Assembly (NCBI RefSeq): GCF_001194135.2
Contig: NC_068990.1
Coordinates: forward strand, 66,544,928-66,608,927
Source: Octopus bimaculoides
Lineage: Eukaryota
Direction: 5' to 3'
DNA: 64,000 nt
The position numbers were made by a program, and so were the translations under genes. The notes under the pieces are model-generated. The model did no database searches, was not told the DNA's origin, and saw only the letters and a list, made by a program, of their open reading frames with translations. Position 1 is the first letter of the stretch; every line of letters starts with the position of its first letter. Shown one piece after another: positions 41,230 to 56,462 of this stretch.

Positions 41230-42303
41230 TGTTTACATAACAGCCCCAGAAATACGTCTATGTAAATTGGTATAGCCAATAACTTAACACAGCTGCATGT
41301 GGTGGCTATATAAGCAGTGTTTGGAGGCGAGAGTGGGTTTGGGTGGATGCTGATGAAGGGGTAAAACCTCCTAAATATGGTATATATACTCATTACCCAT
41401 TTTTGTATTCGATCTCATTGTTTGTTTACATCTGTCATCTCGATATGAACCGTTGTAGCAAAAAATCAGTGCTGGCTATAACTTCTGTAGAAATAACCTT
41501 AACAAAACAATAGAAAATTGTTAAAGCGTTTCTAAGCCAATAGTTGTAGTGAATACCTATCAATTAATCAAATAGCCTTCTTTTAGGCAAATTATAGTGT
41601 ATCCTTATGTATCAGTAGCACCACCCCATATAATGGTTTACAAAAAGAACGTTTTTTATTCTATTCTACATAATACTATACAGTAAATAACACGTTTTAT
41701 ATTCTCCATGTTACTAAAGTAAAAATAGTACGAAAATATAAAATCGGCAAACATTTATAGACAACAAGACAAATGAATTGCAAGTTGCAACGAATTATGT
41801 GTAAAAGAAACATACACATAAACTAATACACACAACACAGATGCATGTGTGTATTATTATGACCTTACAGGGGCGACTGACACAGGATGGCCTCTAAAAT
41901 TACGGTACTAATTTTATATCTTATTCTTCCCTCGCTTATCCCCTGAAGATGCCTCAATTCAATTTTAGCCTCAAAATTGGTTTGCTTTCAGAAACAAACA
42001 TCTGTAGGGAATTACCAAAGTAATTCTGTGAGACAACGATTGGTATGAGAAGAACAATTTAAACGCTTAAGTGATAATAACACTGGAATTGAACAGTTAT
42101 TTTATTATTTAGAGTAATCTATTCTATGGAGATATTTTCTAAATCAATCACTCTTATAATATGTTTATAATTCAGTTGCGAATTCCACCCACATTTCATT
42201 CTAAATTAACATATGAATTAATATGTATATGAGCATGCATGTATGTATATGTAAGATAGTAGACAGACGAATGTTGCAACATCACCGGCATACGCAGTGG
42301 ATA

Positions 42304-42339
<36 letters not shown>

Positions 42340-42615
42340 GGTGGAGGCGCAATGGCCCAGTGGTTAGGGCAGCGGACTCGCGGTCGGAGGATCGCATTTT
42401 TGATTCCCAGACCGGACACCTAAAGGTCCACGAGGCTCCGGCAGCGGGTGGTGGTGACCCTTGTTGTACTCTTTCCCGCCAACTTTAACTCACTCTTTCT
42501 TCCTGTTTCTTGAGTAACGCTGCGATGGAATGGTGTCCCGTCCAGCTGGTGGGGAACACATACGCCATAGCAACCGGGCCCATGAGCCTGGCTAGGCTTT
42601 ACAAGGGCGCATAAA
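42340..42615 (+). mobile_element. tRNA-head SINE family E
   Basis: ggcgcaatggcccagtggttagggcagcggactcgc...gattcccag; 3' ctgcgatggaatggtgtcccgtccag resembles the V-SINE-type domain (from memory). Confidence 0.7.
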
Positions 42616-44154
42616 TAATATATATATATATATATTATCTTCTCTGTGTGTAGGTGCACATGTGTCCGTATGTACACATGTGTGATAGCTATCGATTTGA
42701 TTTAGAGTGTGAGCTTTTGTAATCTATGTTAAGATATTTTAAACGACTCATTACCTCAAGAAAAACCACATGGGGCGCGTTATCAGCTACTTATGCATGA
42801 GGGTTTACCCGTGGGGCATGTCCACATCAATAAAGGATTTGAAGATAATTGCGCAGTAAATCGAAATTGCATGAGAATAACACATTATACAAAAGTACAG
42901 CGCCTGAGTTAGTTTCGGGTGAACAGAATTTAAACTGTAACAGTCCTACATTTTGAGTAAGGTAAAGAGTTTCACATGCTATAAAAAGATGAATCAACCA
43001 GAAATTATGAAACGCATCTGTTTAATATCAGTCTATTTCAGCTGTTAATCCTTTCCAACAAAATGTATTAACTGTGAGAAAGGGAGGCAATGACTTGAAT
43101 TTAGAGATCTTCATCACTCTATATTACCACCTGACAGTACTCTTCACTCGAACTTTGATTTCAGGTATTTGCCAGACTCCGCTTCCTATTATAGATTGCT
43201 TGTTCATCCTATCTTGAGTTCATGCACCTTTTGGCATTTCTGACATATCTAGTAGTATTTCTGACATATCTGGTCATATTTCTGTCAACCATCTTTACCT
43301 GTCTAATCTTATTGAGTTAATGTGTTTACACCAAGATTTATCCCAATGGCATTTTTTACTAGAATTCATTATATCGATAATGGCAATTTTCTCCTGCTCA
43401 ATCCGAATGTAATGTTAAGCCTAAATTGTTTGTTTCTCTAAAGTGTGTTAACACCAGTTTTCTACGCAGAGGACGCGTTCGTGTATTTTAATTTCAGTTA
43501 TAATTTTTATTTGCATGCATGTCAATGTTTAATAGCGCACAATTTTTGTCTGTGTCTGGTTAGGCTTTGGTAAATATTAGTAACTCTGATTCACCGAAGA
43601 AATCTAATAACACCGAAACGTGTCCGAAATTGTTCTACCACTTTTAAAGTTCATGCCCGCTTCCCACTACATAATTCCATTCAAATCAATTCCTCTCCTT
43701 TCTTGACCCAAATTAATCATTAAGGTAGTGATTTTTCTTTTCGCTGCGAATGTAATTTTAATAAGTTATTGTATTTGTGGTGGTTGGAGAAGTGACATAG
43801 TGTTGGGTGTTTGGGGTGAGCCGCCCTTTATATAAGTGCGTGTGCATTAATTGAAGCAATTATACGTCTAAGGAAGCAACCTACGAATTTGGCTCCCGCA
43901 CAGTGCGGCAAAAATCCACGGTACGCCATTGGGTTAAGCCTACTGCATTAAATACATCAGCATAGAGTTAATTATGTGTGACAGGCCACATTAGTTCTGA
44001 TCTCATATTTCCTTTACATCCATAGATCGGCATTGAGCCAAAGCAGCAGTATAAATGGTTCTTCTATGTAGTGGTATACACCATTCAGTAAAACAGTCGA
44101 GCTCCAGGTGCCACCAACTCACGCTGATTAATCTGTAACTTAATTATGCTTCTA

Positions 44155-44500
44155 TTACTGAACAGAGATCAAGGAGGAACTCCGCATTAAGCCGTTATTT
44201 CACCGCATTGAAAGTCACAATTCCGGTACTCCGGAGATGTGATTAGAATATCGCAGGAAAAGATCGCAAGATGGATTGTTCAAGGGGAGCCAACTGGCAG
44301 GAGACCTAAGGATAGAATAGAATAAGTTGGTTGGATGATATTCATAGTCTTAGACGGCCACTCTTGGCAATCCAGCCAGAAAGAGTGATGACGATTGTTT
44401 CTGTTAGGTCCCTATGGAGGAAGTACCTGAGGACTCTACCCACAGGGAATTCCTTGGAATAGTGGACGGAGAAACGGAATGGATGAACTGGATAAGCCTA
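44155..44500 (+). mobile_element. RTE-clade LINE 3' end
   Basis: EIKEELRIKPLFHRIES, VIRISQEKIARWIVQGEPTGRRPKD, SWLDDIH. Confidence 0.8.
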
Positions 44501-45994
44501 AAGCAGTAATTTAGCAGATAGTAGTAGAAGGGATATTGCGATATTAATTCTTATACCAAGAGAAATAATATTATTCGAATTCAAACTTAATACAAAACAG
44601 CGTCGAAAGCATGATGTGAAAAATCATACTTCAGAACATGGTGGTCATATATTTCTCTTCTTACGTTAGGATTATGAAATTCTTCTTTTCCAATATACTG
44701 TCTTCAATCGTAGTCACACGAAAATAAAGAACAAATAAATGAATTAAATCACAACTAAACATAAATCGGAACTCCACTGCGCACGTATATAAAACCTGTT
44801 CTGTTCGAATGCGTATAAAAATAATGAACTATATACTTGCTGCAAACAGATATACGCATATATATGATCTCACAAACAGATTACTTCTCATATTCAACGA
44901 CTCACGAACCTCATATGTGTATTTAAACAGACTGTTATATAAACACCTGATCATGTGAAAATAACAACGAACACATATGCTTTTAAACTCCAGCTCAGAC
45001 AAACACGCAATAATGATACACACACAATCACACATACATGAATATATAATATATATATATATGCACACAGACAGACAAACACATACACATATAATATACA
45101 CGCATACATACACATGCAACTGTGTGAAAACATGCAAAGCGTATTCAGATATTTAAACACATGTACATTCAAACATGCAACCCACAAATATCTGATTACA
45201 TTCAAACAACCATATCCACCGCACGTACATTTTAGAAAAATTACGAAAAATCCACGCTCAGAAACGATAGACAAACATGCAATATATAATAATATAGAGA
45301 GATATTTAAACACAAATATTTGAAGATAAACACAAACCTATCTTCCTCTTATATACATGTATGCAAATGAAGAAGACAAACGCATACGTATATTGAAACA
45401 CGTATATTCAGCAACAAATATAGATACGCATGCGCATGCGTGACATCGATTAGGTTCAAGCAACAATCGATGAAGCATTTCCAATAACCGAATATAACAT
45501 TCATTGGATTTTGCTGTGATAGAAATAGATGTAGATTTGGCATATTTGGTAAACATTTGCATACGGATTTTACTGATTCCTATATCTGCCAACATATTTT
45601 CTCACGTCGCTATCTTTGGTGGTAGATAATCCTGTTTGTTTGTTGCTATTTTTGATTGTATTTATATTTCTTTTACTCTTATTTTATAAGGATTTTGATT
45701 TTTTTTTTGCTTCCTGTACGTGGGAATTATCCAATCAGATTGAACTGTTAGGCAATATATACTCTCATCGGTTCATCAAAGTTGTGTGTTTTTGGATGCA
45801 CATAACTAAAAAAATGTTTGTATGTATGTATGTATGTATATACACGAGTGTGCATGTGTGTACTGTGTAAATATAAATATACGTTATGTATTTGTATATA
45901 TATATATATATATGCATATGTTTGTATATGTATTATTATATGTACATATATATCTATTTGCACGTATACATACATATATGTATACACATATGCA

Positions 45995-46067
<73 letters not shown>

Positions 46068-46071
<4 letters not shown>

Positions 46072-46480
46072 CTTGATGTCTCAAAGCATGCATATGTACA
46101 TTGAATGATTATAAGGTCAATGTTTATTAAAAAGCATTCCCTTTTCAAATTTGATAGAATCTACACTCTGAATTTAATTTTTCATGAACGGTTGATTTGA
46201 AAATGATGACCAATATGGCTCAGTCACTACTGATAAGATGAACCAATGGAATAGAAACATCAAGAAACATTTCGTTGATTTTGTGTGCATTCTCGTTCAA
46301 TGCCTGTCTTCAATTCGTCGTCTGTAGCCAGTTTTGTGGCATAAATTTGTGTTCTAAATATCCCCATAAAAGTTCTGGTGGTGTGATATCAGATTGATGC
46401 GGTGGGCATTCATTTGAACCTCATCGTCTGACTCACCTGTTCACTCAAACCTTCTCGAGGTAGGTTCTTACATCGATAGC
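46068..46480 (-). mobile_element. Tc1/mariner (WPPRSPDL-type) transposase 3' fragment
   Basis: DVRTYLEKV..R*VRR*GS, degenerate PP.SPD.TP...LWGYL, ATDDELKTGIERECTQ. Confidence 0.7.
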
Positions 46481-48116
46481 GATATTTCAACCCTGTCCCA
46501 CGACGGATTCCGTATGATCAAATGCACGTTTATAATTTGCCATCGTCGATGAAGGATTGCACAAACATGTGTAACAGATAAAATAAAAGAATACTAAAAT
46601 CATACTTCATATTTTCCTGTAACAAATGTTGTGCACTTTGTATTATATAATAGCCCTATATTGGTCGTACTGATCCCTATAGGTTAACGCAGCATATCCG
46701 GTTTTTCCTGAATACTATCAAGACCTACAACGAATACGGTATTTCGTATGTGTGTGTGTGCTCACGTATGCTTACATCTTTCAGCTATGTTTGCTGCCAT
46801 CGGATATAAACATTGAGGATAAACCGGCGTCCCTTTAACGAAGTCCCCTGTCTCTTGTGCCATCTCACTTTCAGAAATACCGTAATTTAGTAACAGGTTT
46901 AGAAAATACATAACCCTCCAGACTAGATCGCTTTTCTTTAAATTATATAAGTTACCTACGCCATAAATGTATTTTACTCCTTTTGTATAAGTTTAAGTCT
47001 TTTATGTAGTGGAGATTAGGTTGGAAAACTCTCGTTGCTGATGACGTCATTTGAGATGGAAGAATGTATTCACGACTTTCTTCTTTTGTTTATAGAATAA
47101 CACTGTACTTTTCTTTAATGTTATGTCAACTTTGGAGAATTCTTGATTCTTGAGATTTCCGCTTCTCATACGAAGCTAATCTTGATTTCCAATTGCCATT
47201 TATGTCACATTCTCTAGAAGCAGCAATATTTTCGGTAAATCAAGAATTCGTTCTAAAAATATATATGTATATCGTCAGTTTGATTCACACTGTTCACTCT
47301 CCAAACGATGGTTTATTTTCGGTTGGCAGATATCAGCACAGATCAGCAAAGAGTTTTGTTTCTAAAGTCATAAACAAGACCATCGGCTCTTGTTAGATTT
47401 ATTCCTCAGAGGAAACTTTTTGTTGATGAGTGATATATCGACGTCGAAAAACCGGCTTTCCCAGAATTTCTTGTACTAGTGAATAAGTTTGTTCTCGTGT
47501 GACAAAACCCAACAGCGATTAACATATTTTTGTTCGAATCTTCTGGAAAGTATTAAGAATCAATAGAAATACAAAGTCATTGTTTGTATTCTTGGCGTTC
47601 ACCGTGCATATTGTGATTTATTAAACATACAACTCTCACTACTCCCCGCTTCTATGATTTATTATCCAACACCGAAAGGAAGTTAATGATTTGAAAGCAT
47701 ACTAACAGGCTTCTTCCATCCGCTTTCCGCTATTCTTTATCATAATTACTAATTGTGGGGTATAACTCAATCCTGTCTGTCCAAACCCTGATAGGCCAGG
47801 TTATCAACATAGGTTAATAAGTTCAATTAAATTTTATAAAATCTCTCTTTTGTAAAAGAAAAACAACATGTGGTGTTTTCTCTTTTTTTTTTACAAGGAA
47901 AATATTAGGATATCAAAATTATGATATTTTCCATTTTATGGTGATAAAGGCAATTTATGCTTTCACTAATTAATCGATTAATTACCTAAGTAATTAATTA
48001 ATTATTTTGGCTATATTTTATTTTCCCAATGATTTTTGTTTTTCCTCTTTTTTTATGTTTACTTCGACTGTACTTTAACAACCATCGAATCAGTTATGCT
48101 GGAATAGAGATGTAGT

Positions 48117-48284
<168 letters not shown>

Positions 48285-48612
48285 ACAACGGCAGCTGTAT
48301 CAAATTTAGTAAATATTCTGTCTCTTGTTGCATCGCCCATTATCCCTAATGAAGCAAAGTGATAATCTAAATCCTTACAGCCGCGCTCATTACATCTGCT
48401 TTTATTTTTCAAGTTGTGTACATCTAAAACTACAATAACTAATACCTTTTAAGACGGTTGGATACAATTGAAAGAAAATTTGGTTGATATCATTTGCAAA
48501 TCTAGCCATTCATTACACAGACAATCCTTAATTTGGTTTCTCGGATCCCTAATTGACTTTTCTTGGGTGACGTTGTTATTACTGGTATTATCCATATTCT
48601 TTTAACTTTCGT

Positions 48613-49073
48613 CTTTTACTTGTTTCAGTCACTGAACTGCGGCAATCGTAGGCCATCACTTGAAGAATTTACTTGAACAAATGAACACTAGTACTTAATT
48701 TTGTGTTTTTAAGTCTGACATTTATTCTATAAGTGTATTTAAGCGGACCAATACCAGTTGATATGCAGTCGAAGGCAAAAACACAAACACAGACCCACAC
48801 ACCCAAAGGCACATACACACGCACACATAGACACAAACATACGCACACACGCGCACACACACGCACACACGCACACACGCACGCACACACACACACACAT
48901 GTTTAATATATGACAGACTTCCACTCAATTCTCGTCGGCCAAAGTAACGTATAAGTTATTGGTTGGCTCACGTCTGCAGAATAAATTTGCCCAAGATGCT
49001 ACGCAGTGGGACTGAACACGAAACTATGTGGTTGCAAAATGAGATGTCTAAAAACACACCCATGCCTTGTGCC
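48613..49073 (-). mobile_element. Composite SINE family B/C with an internal (CA)n
   Basis: Tail cttttacttgtttcagtc; head ccaagatgctacgcagtgggactgaac...aaacacacccatgcc. Confidence 0.75.
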
Positions 49074-50599
49074 TATGTTAATACTGTTTCTGGGGAATAA
49101 AATGCGTAAAAATTCTATTTTGACTCAAAGTTGAAGTCATCTCGCTTCTATTACAAGCGGTCGCCTTTCGGAAAACCATGGCCATCAAGACATCGCACTT
49201 AATATTATAGGATTTTTTAATTTCCAAAAGATGATATTATGAATAATGTGTTTCGTGTGTTTGTTGATGTTTAATACTATTACTATTATCGATGTATTGT
49301 TGTTGTAATGTCCCCAATCACCTTTGTTATAGTGGTTGTCAATGATTTGTTGTTGCTTACATGGCTGGATAACAGGTGTCAGCAAATCTATGTCTCCGAT
49401 CAAAAAACATGAATGATCCAAAATTTGAATCTGTATAACACCATGTTTAATTTTTTTTTTTTAGCATATTGTAATGCAGCAAACTGCCCAAATGTTTGAC
49501 ACCTCAATAAAAATAATGTTTATCAATGAATAGGTGAAAAAATGCAAAACTCTTATGTCTCAGAATCTGCTATCATTTGAAGCTTAGTGTCTTATTTTTT
49601 CTTGCACATTGTCGAATGGGAGTTGTGCTAGGGCGCAAAAATCGCGCAGGGTGTGCCCTAAAAACAAATGTACACATGGATGTTTTTATCCTTGCCGTTT
49701 CATATGCTTATGCTGAATCAATAGCAGTTTGGCAAGTTTCAGAAAATAACAGTTAACGAATTGTTTGATGATTTATATATAGGAACAAAAGTTCCTGTCT
49801 CGCCCAGAAGGCTCGAAGCAGTGTCTACAACTGAAGAAAAAAAATTAAGGTGGAACAGCGGTGCATAATTTGGAGCTTGGTGTGCTTTTCCAAACAAATT
49901 CTGTAGGTAGCGTTGTTCTCCAGGACAAAAAATCCCGCAGTGAATACCACTAATGTTCAAATGGACAGGAACATATTTACGATAAATCCGTGCATCATTA
50001 TGTAATTAATATTTTTAAACGGTCAGAAGCTTGATAAATGAGATTCGACGATACAAAATCAGACATACTAACTATCTATGAACTCTCTCGCTAGATTAGT
50101 TATTGTTTTCCCATTGCTCATTCTATAACTGTTTGTATTGGCGCTCTTATTGTAAACTTGTTAACATTCTGGCTGTTGTTACTGTATCTAAATATTAATT
50201 CTATGATGGTTATCATTTACACAAGCATGAAAACGCGACATACAGCTGTTGCGATGAAAATAATTGGGTTGTCATAATTTCGTTCGCCTTTTGTTTTTTT
50301 TCTACGTCGTACTTCTATATATGTCTGAAAACAGGTACAATTTATTCAAATTCCAAAAACGATAAGCAAATGTAATGGAGGAAGAATAGAACATTTATTC
50401 AGATAACATTCGAAATGATTAAAATGCATAGTGGGTGCGTAACGAATCTGTAGTTTAGAGACAATGTACAGTTTAAAGTTTCAACACTTTATGTAATATA
50501 TATGTTGTTGTTAAGAGAACACATTTCAATTAGTCGAGCAGGTTTGAATTTCCTGGAAAAAATTCTTTCGTAATTTCCCTTTTAATTTCTTCTTACAGT

Positions 50600-50800
50600 G
50601 AGACAAGAAACTGGCCGGGCTTTGCAGCATTGGTAAAGCATGTCGGAGATAACACTTTACGATATATTGTTGCGTATTGTTATGCTGTCAGTTCAAATCC
50701 CTCTAATAATAGACTCAGCCTGACTTTCGTCTTTCTGGAATCAATTAATGGGGTACCAGTCATGTCGTATTGGTCGATATAATCGATTGTTCCCGTTCCC
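50600..50800 (+). mobile_element. Degenerate SINE family A
   Basis: gttcaaatcc, ggtaccagtc..ggtcgatataatcga. Confidence 0.5.
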
Positions 50801-51329
50801 CAAAGTTTTGATTTTGCTATTTATGTAAGGAAACCGTCTCCCCTTACATTACTAATAATTATTACTAAGACTCTCTCAGACTGATAATCTATTTGCATAT
50901 AAGTGGATGGCTACAATTCTCAAATTCTCAAATTTTAATGATTCGATAAAAACATGTATAAATACTATAATGTAGTTTAATATATACATCTATTGTTTGA
51001 TTGCTGAATTATGAACAAGGCCACCGGCAGCAGTAACCGCAGATGCAACAACGATCATAGCGGTAGCGAACAGAATACAAAAACAGAAATCGTATATCTG
51101 CAGATATATTTTTAATATCCATCCGTATTCTTTAGGTTTTTGATTTCTAGTTATGGGTTCAGGTTTGACTGCTTGGGTGTACAAATTTCGCTTCGCAACG
51201 ACGTCGTTTCGAGATCGAAGCTATTTTTATTTTATAAAAAACGGGTGAGGTGTTCAATGTCTGTCATCTTTCAACGGGCGTCCGAGACTCATGAGATGAA
51301 GAGAGTATGGAATCCTCAAACCAGAAACA

Positions 51330-51515
51330 CGAGCCAAATGTTTGCAACGATTCGGCTTACAACATCCAACGTGCTAGGGGGTTGAGCTGTTGAACCGAGC
51401 TACTGGTTAAGTTTACCACTGAAGTAGAACATGGCAGGATTTGAACTCAGGACTCAAGGAGCCGAAACAAACACTGCGGGGTAGCTTGTTCGCCGTCCTT
51501 GCAGTTCTGCCAATC
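51330..51515 (-). mobile_element. Degenerate SINE family A
   Basis: ggatttgaactcagga...gttctgccaat. Confidence 0.5.
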
Positions 51516-51887
51516 CATCTCACATCATATATTTTTTTATTCATCTCCAAAGACATTTTATAACTCGTACGTTATTTAATATGTGTAGATGTAATAGTAT
51601 CTATGTATTTCTGGTTGATTTTTAACTGCGACAAACAAAAGTAATTTCAAATATGTTCATATCAAATGTGAATCGAAGGTAAATAATTTAAACCCCTCCA
51701 AAGCGCATTTATATGCACATATATGTACACTTGATTGCGTGCCCATGTTTATGTACACATACCAATTTGTATACATGTATGAATACATATACGCATACAT
51801 CCGTCGGTCCATCCATCCATCCATTTTTTGTATAAATATGGATATGTATAAATAAGTGGACGTGTTTAAATGTATACCTATGTATGA

Positions 51888-51918
<31 letters not shown>

Positions 51919-51919
<1 letters not shown>

Positions 51920-52132
51920 TCTTTTCTACTCTAGGCACAAAGCCCGACATTTTTGGAGGAGTGGACTAGTGAATTAGATCGACCCCAGTACGCATCTGGT
52001 ACTTAATTTATCGACCCCGAAATAATGTAAGGCAAAGTTGACCTAGGCGGAATTTGAACTCAGAACGTAAAGACAGACGATATACCGCTAAGCATTTCGC
52101 CCGGCGTGCTAACGTTTCTGCCAGCTCACCGT
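51919..52132 (-). mobile_element. SINE family A, full length
   Basis: tttctactctaggcacaa...ggaatttgaactcagaacg...ctgccagctcacc. Confidence 0.9.
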
Positions 52133-52474
52133 CTTACACGCACGCACCCCCCCCCCCCNNNNNNNNNNNNNNNNNNNNNNNNNNNNNNNNNNNNNNNNNN
52201 NNNNNNNNNNNNNNNNNNNNNNNNNNNNNNNNNNNNNNNNNNNNNNNNNNNNNNNNNNNNNNNNNNNNNNNNNNNNNNNNNNNNNNNNNNNNNNNNNNNN
52301 NNNNNNNNNNNNNNNNNNNNNNNNNNNNNNNNNNNNNNCAAATACGTGCACGCTTACATACATACATGATACATACGTACATACATGCATAGATACATAC
52401 ATACATGCATACAGAGTGGTAGATAAACTCGTTACCCCTCACACACATATTGTATGTATACAGACACACACACA

Positions 52475-52529
<55 letters not shown>

Positions 52530-53145
52530 TCATATATATATATTCTCTCCTACAAAAGACATGTTTGTTCGCTCGGTTATAGATTCAAAATACTCGATCG
52601 GTTTATTCTATAGAGGTCACGAGCCGTTTGCGTTGAGCAAATCTTACTTTGTGCAATGGGAGATCCCCAAAGCTAAAAGAGAACTAAAACAACATCAATT
52701 GAAAATAAAATGAAAGCTTGATACAATCTTTTGTTAGGAAATATCACGAATTGTAACATGTAAAATTTACAACTGTTAAAGAAATTCAACTCTAAACTGC
52801 CATAGTTTTCACAAGGCGCTTTGACACAATCATCATAACAGAGTGTAGCAAATCGAAGCGACTGTGGAAACTTTTATATTTATTTCGTAAATATAATGGA
52901 AATTTATGGCACGAAAGAGGGCGCCACTAGGCCTGTTATTGCTTTATAGTTCGTCTGCCATGCCTCCCATAAACAGACGTCAGCGCTTTCTTCTTCATTT
53001 CTGCTTCTACTCAGTCTCCTCCTTCTCTCCCCCCACTTCCTCCTCTTCTTATTCCACTCTCCCATCTACTCTTTTTCTTCTCCTCTTCCTTTTCTTCTAC
53101 TCTTCCTTTTCTTCTTTTCTCCCCTCCTCCTCCTCCGCCCTCCCA

Positions 53146-53188
<43 letters not shown>

Positions 53189-54754
53189 CACCTCTTTCCT
53201 TTCTTTTTCTTCTTAGTCTTGTTATTGTTACCACTGTTAACGTCGTCGTTATGGCTATCATGATGATGATGATCATCATCAGCAGCAGCAGTATCGCTGT
53301 TATTCTTATCTTTATTAATTTCATCATGATCCTCATCATTATTATTACTCGTTTACTTGGTATTATATCAACGATACTATTTCATACTTGTTGTTTTCTT
53401 ATATGAAGAACTAACTACTAATGTGAAATATTCCTTGGAAGTGAATAACCAACATTTATCTAATTTTATCATACTATATTTCATCTCCTGACATCTGTTT
53501 GTCAGTCTACTGAGGTGAAAGACAGACATTCAGCAAATGCTAAAAGTGTTACACCCGCATTGAGTTCTTCAGAAATGCTTCCTTTGTCGAACTTCTGGAT
53601 TTCCTTGGCAGAATGTTAGCACAAGGAAAATAATAATTTCTTCATAATACTTAGTGAGATTAGAGATTAGTATTTGAAATTATTGAATAACGAAAGAGAG
53701 ATACAAAATATGATTATTTAATCTTGTCTTTTTACTTGTTATGAAGGAATTAAAATGTCTCATCTTAGGTAATTATGTATAGCACCATTTCATTCTTTTT
53801 AGAAATCATCAGTATGACATCATCTGAGGTGTATAAGTTAAAACTTTTTTGAAGTGGGACTTCTCTTATAGTTACGATAATTACAGTTTGAATGAAATTA
53901 ATAGAATCGTTTTTTTTATTTTTGTCTTTTTTTTTTCATAGGGCGCTAGTATCACCAAAATTTTCACTCATTAAATACCCATAATAACATTGCTAACGTC
54001 CTGAATACAACGGGCTAGATATATAAAACACTTGTGTTTATACAACTGGCCATGAATTAAACAGCAAAGAAATACCATCTTACTCGACGGTATTGCAGAG
54101 ACAGTAACTTAACCATCTTTGCAGTTCCCAGAAGCTTTTACCTAGCCGTTAAATACACTATCAGCCCTCCTCCATTCATAGATACATCATAATGAAAAAA
54201 AAGGTCAATACATGGAGCCACAAGTGTACCGAATATTGTTTAAGAAAAACCTTATATATCTACCTTCGGGCTCTCCATCCGGATTTCCAGTAGGGACTTA
54301 CTCCCTTAGTCATTTTGTAAACACTTAATACATTACCCCACAAGGTAGCAAGAGTTTATTCTTATCGTGTGGATTTGTGCAGATCTAGTCCCACTCTTTC
54401 GTCCTTCAAATGTCTATTGGTTTGGCGCAGCCAGTTCCACTGCCCCAGAGCGCAGCACCCTGGACAAGTGTCTTCTACTACAATAATTTGTATTTAATTG
54501 TATAGATTTGCTTTTTTCTGTTTGATTCTGATAGTTGCTGGCGCAATTGCTATTATTGTTGTTGTTTCTGAAGTTGTAATTGCAAACTGGTTTTATGGTT
54601 GTTAATATAGTTTGATTGATTTCTTCTGTATTCACTGTTGATCTTGTGGATTAAAAATTAATCTGTTTACACTCTGCTTCCAGAGGACACTATTTGCTTT
54701 TGTGATTAGCTGCTTCTTACAGCATTGCTTTTGTAGTACCAATAGTAATAGTAG

Positions 54755-54758
54755 CAGC

Positions 54759-54844
<86 letters not shown>

Positions 54845-54848
54845 TAAA

Positions 54849-54905
<57 letters not shown>

Positions 54906-54906
54906 T
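54755..54906. repeat. (AGT)n-(AAT)n compound microsatellite
   Basis: Direct arrays. Confidence 0.95.
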
Positions 54907-55650
54907 GTATTCGTAGCACTTGTTGCTGTTGCCGTTGGGGATAATGATTAATGCTGTTACTGCTGCTTTTTATTGTTTGTATTGTGAGTGTTAAACTGGT
55001 TAATTCTTTCATGCGCTGAGCATCAGTGATACAGGATGGCAGTTCGGAGTTTTGGTTTACAGTGTTATTAATTAAAAATCTAACTCCAAGATGCATCATT
55101 AAGGTATCTCTTCTAGACGTACTAAATAAGTAATTTCAAGTGCGGTATTACATTACAAACTTGAAGTCATAATACATCACATAACTATTAAACGTATTTC
55201 GAAGTACATCTACCCTGGTATATCGCGGATCCATTTATCGCTGATCCGATATAAAACCCTATACTGATTTGTTACATGTTACGCTCATCTCAAATTCTTC
55301 TGTGATAACACAGGTTGACACTCAGTCAAAGATTCTGCTGGGACCGCAAAAAGTTGCGTCAGTGACCATACACAAAGCGTCGTCTGGGGTCTCGAAACAA
55401 AACCTATTTTCCCATATATTCTGTTATTAGTTCATAGTCGATTCATTTAACACGACGTGTTTTTAAAAAGAGAACACTCGTATTAAACGAGGGTATATGT
55501 AACTGAATCGTACTTGGATCAACTCGGGATCTATTCGTTGTGAACTGTAGATATTTAGATTTTAGGGTTTGAGTTTATTTGAAAATGTTTATACTTAACT
55601 GTGATTAGGATTTTAAACCGAGATTACTAACCCTTTTTGATATAATTATA

Positions 55651-55814
55651 GGTGTATTCATGGTTGTGTGGTAAAAAAGATCGCTTTGCAAACAAGTTCT
55701 TTCGGGTTCAGTCCCACTTCGTGGCACTTACGTCAGTTGTTTTCTACTGTAGCTTCTGGCCGACAAATACCTTGTGAATGAATTTGGTCGAGAGAAACTG
55801 GGTGGAAGTTCAAC

Positions 55815-55815
<1 letters not shown>
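55651..55815 (+). mobile_element. SINE family B head followed by (CA)n and a gap
   Basis: ggttgtgtggtaaa...gggttcagtcccacttcgtggcac...ttctactgtagc. Confidence 0.75.
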
Positions 55816-55869
<54 letters not shown>

Positions 55870-56393
55870 NNNNNNNNNNNNNNNNNNNNNNNNNNNNNNN
55901 NNNNNNNNNNNNNNNNNNNNNNNNNNNNNNNNNNNNNNNNNNNNNNNNNNNNNNNNNNNNNNNNNNNNNNNNNNNNNNNNNNNNNNNNNNNNNNNNNNNN
56001 NNNNNNNNNNNNNNNNNNNNNNNNNNNNNNNNNNNNNNNNNNNNNNNNNNNNNNNNNNNNNNNNNNNNNNNNNNNNNNNNNNNNNNNNNNNNNNNNNNNN
56101 NNNNNNNNNNNNNNNNNNNNNNNNNNNNNNNNNNNNNNNNNNNNNNNNNNNNNNNNNNNNNNNNNNNNNNNNNNNNNNNNNNNNNNNNNNNNNNNNNNNN
56201 NNNNNNNNNNNNNNNNNNNNNNNNNNNNNNNNNNNNNNNNNNNNNNNNNNNNNNNNNNNNNNNNNNNNNNNNNNNNNNNNNNTATATATATATATATATA
56301 TATATATCTACAGTTTCCGTCTACCAAATCCACAAGGCTTTGATCGGCTCGAGTTTATAGTAGAAGTCTAGCGACTGCTACATTCATTGTCAG

Positions 56394-56462
56394 GCTTTTG
56401 AAAGAAGATTCTTTATTCCGTTTAAGCGCCGCTCTTTCACTGGACCTCTGTCATATGACCAT
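56394..56462 (+). CDS. Weak candidate internal exon (69 nt), product unknown
   Basis: attcattgtcag acceptor and CAT|gtgagt donor; length is a multiple of 3; open as AFERRFFIPFKRRSFTGPLSYDH or LLKEDSLFRLSAALSLDLCHMT, and phase-compatible with 58165. Confidence 0.25.

Noticed and set aside
42340-42415. tRNA-like sequence (likewise at 27282, 29358 and the family A heads)
   Set aside because: These are SINE heads continuing into SINE bodies; they lack a proper acceptor stem and cloverleaf.
45426-45441. Perfect palindrome acgcatgcgcatgcgt (NRF1-like)
   Set aside because: Short, within purine-pyrimidine alternating low-complexity sequence, and with no promoter context.
54414-54635. 73-aa minus-strand ORF with a GC-rich end
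   Set aside because: The GC-rich part (tagtagaagacacttgtccagggtgc) is a SINE family B remnant and the rest is low complexity.
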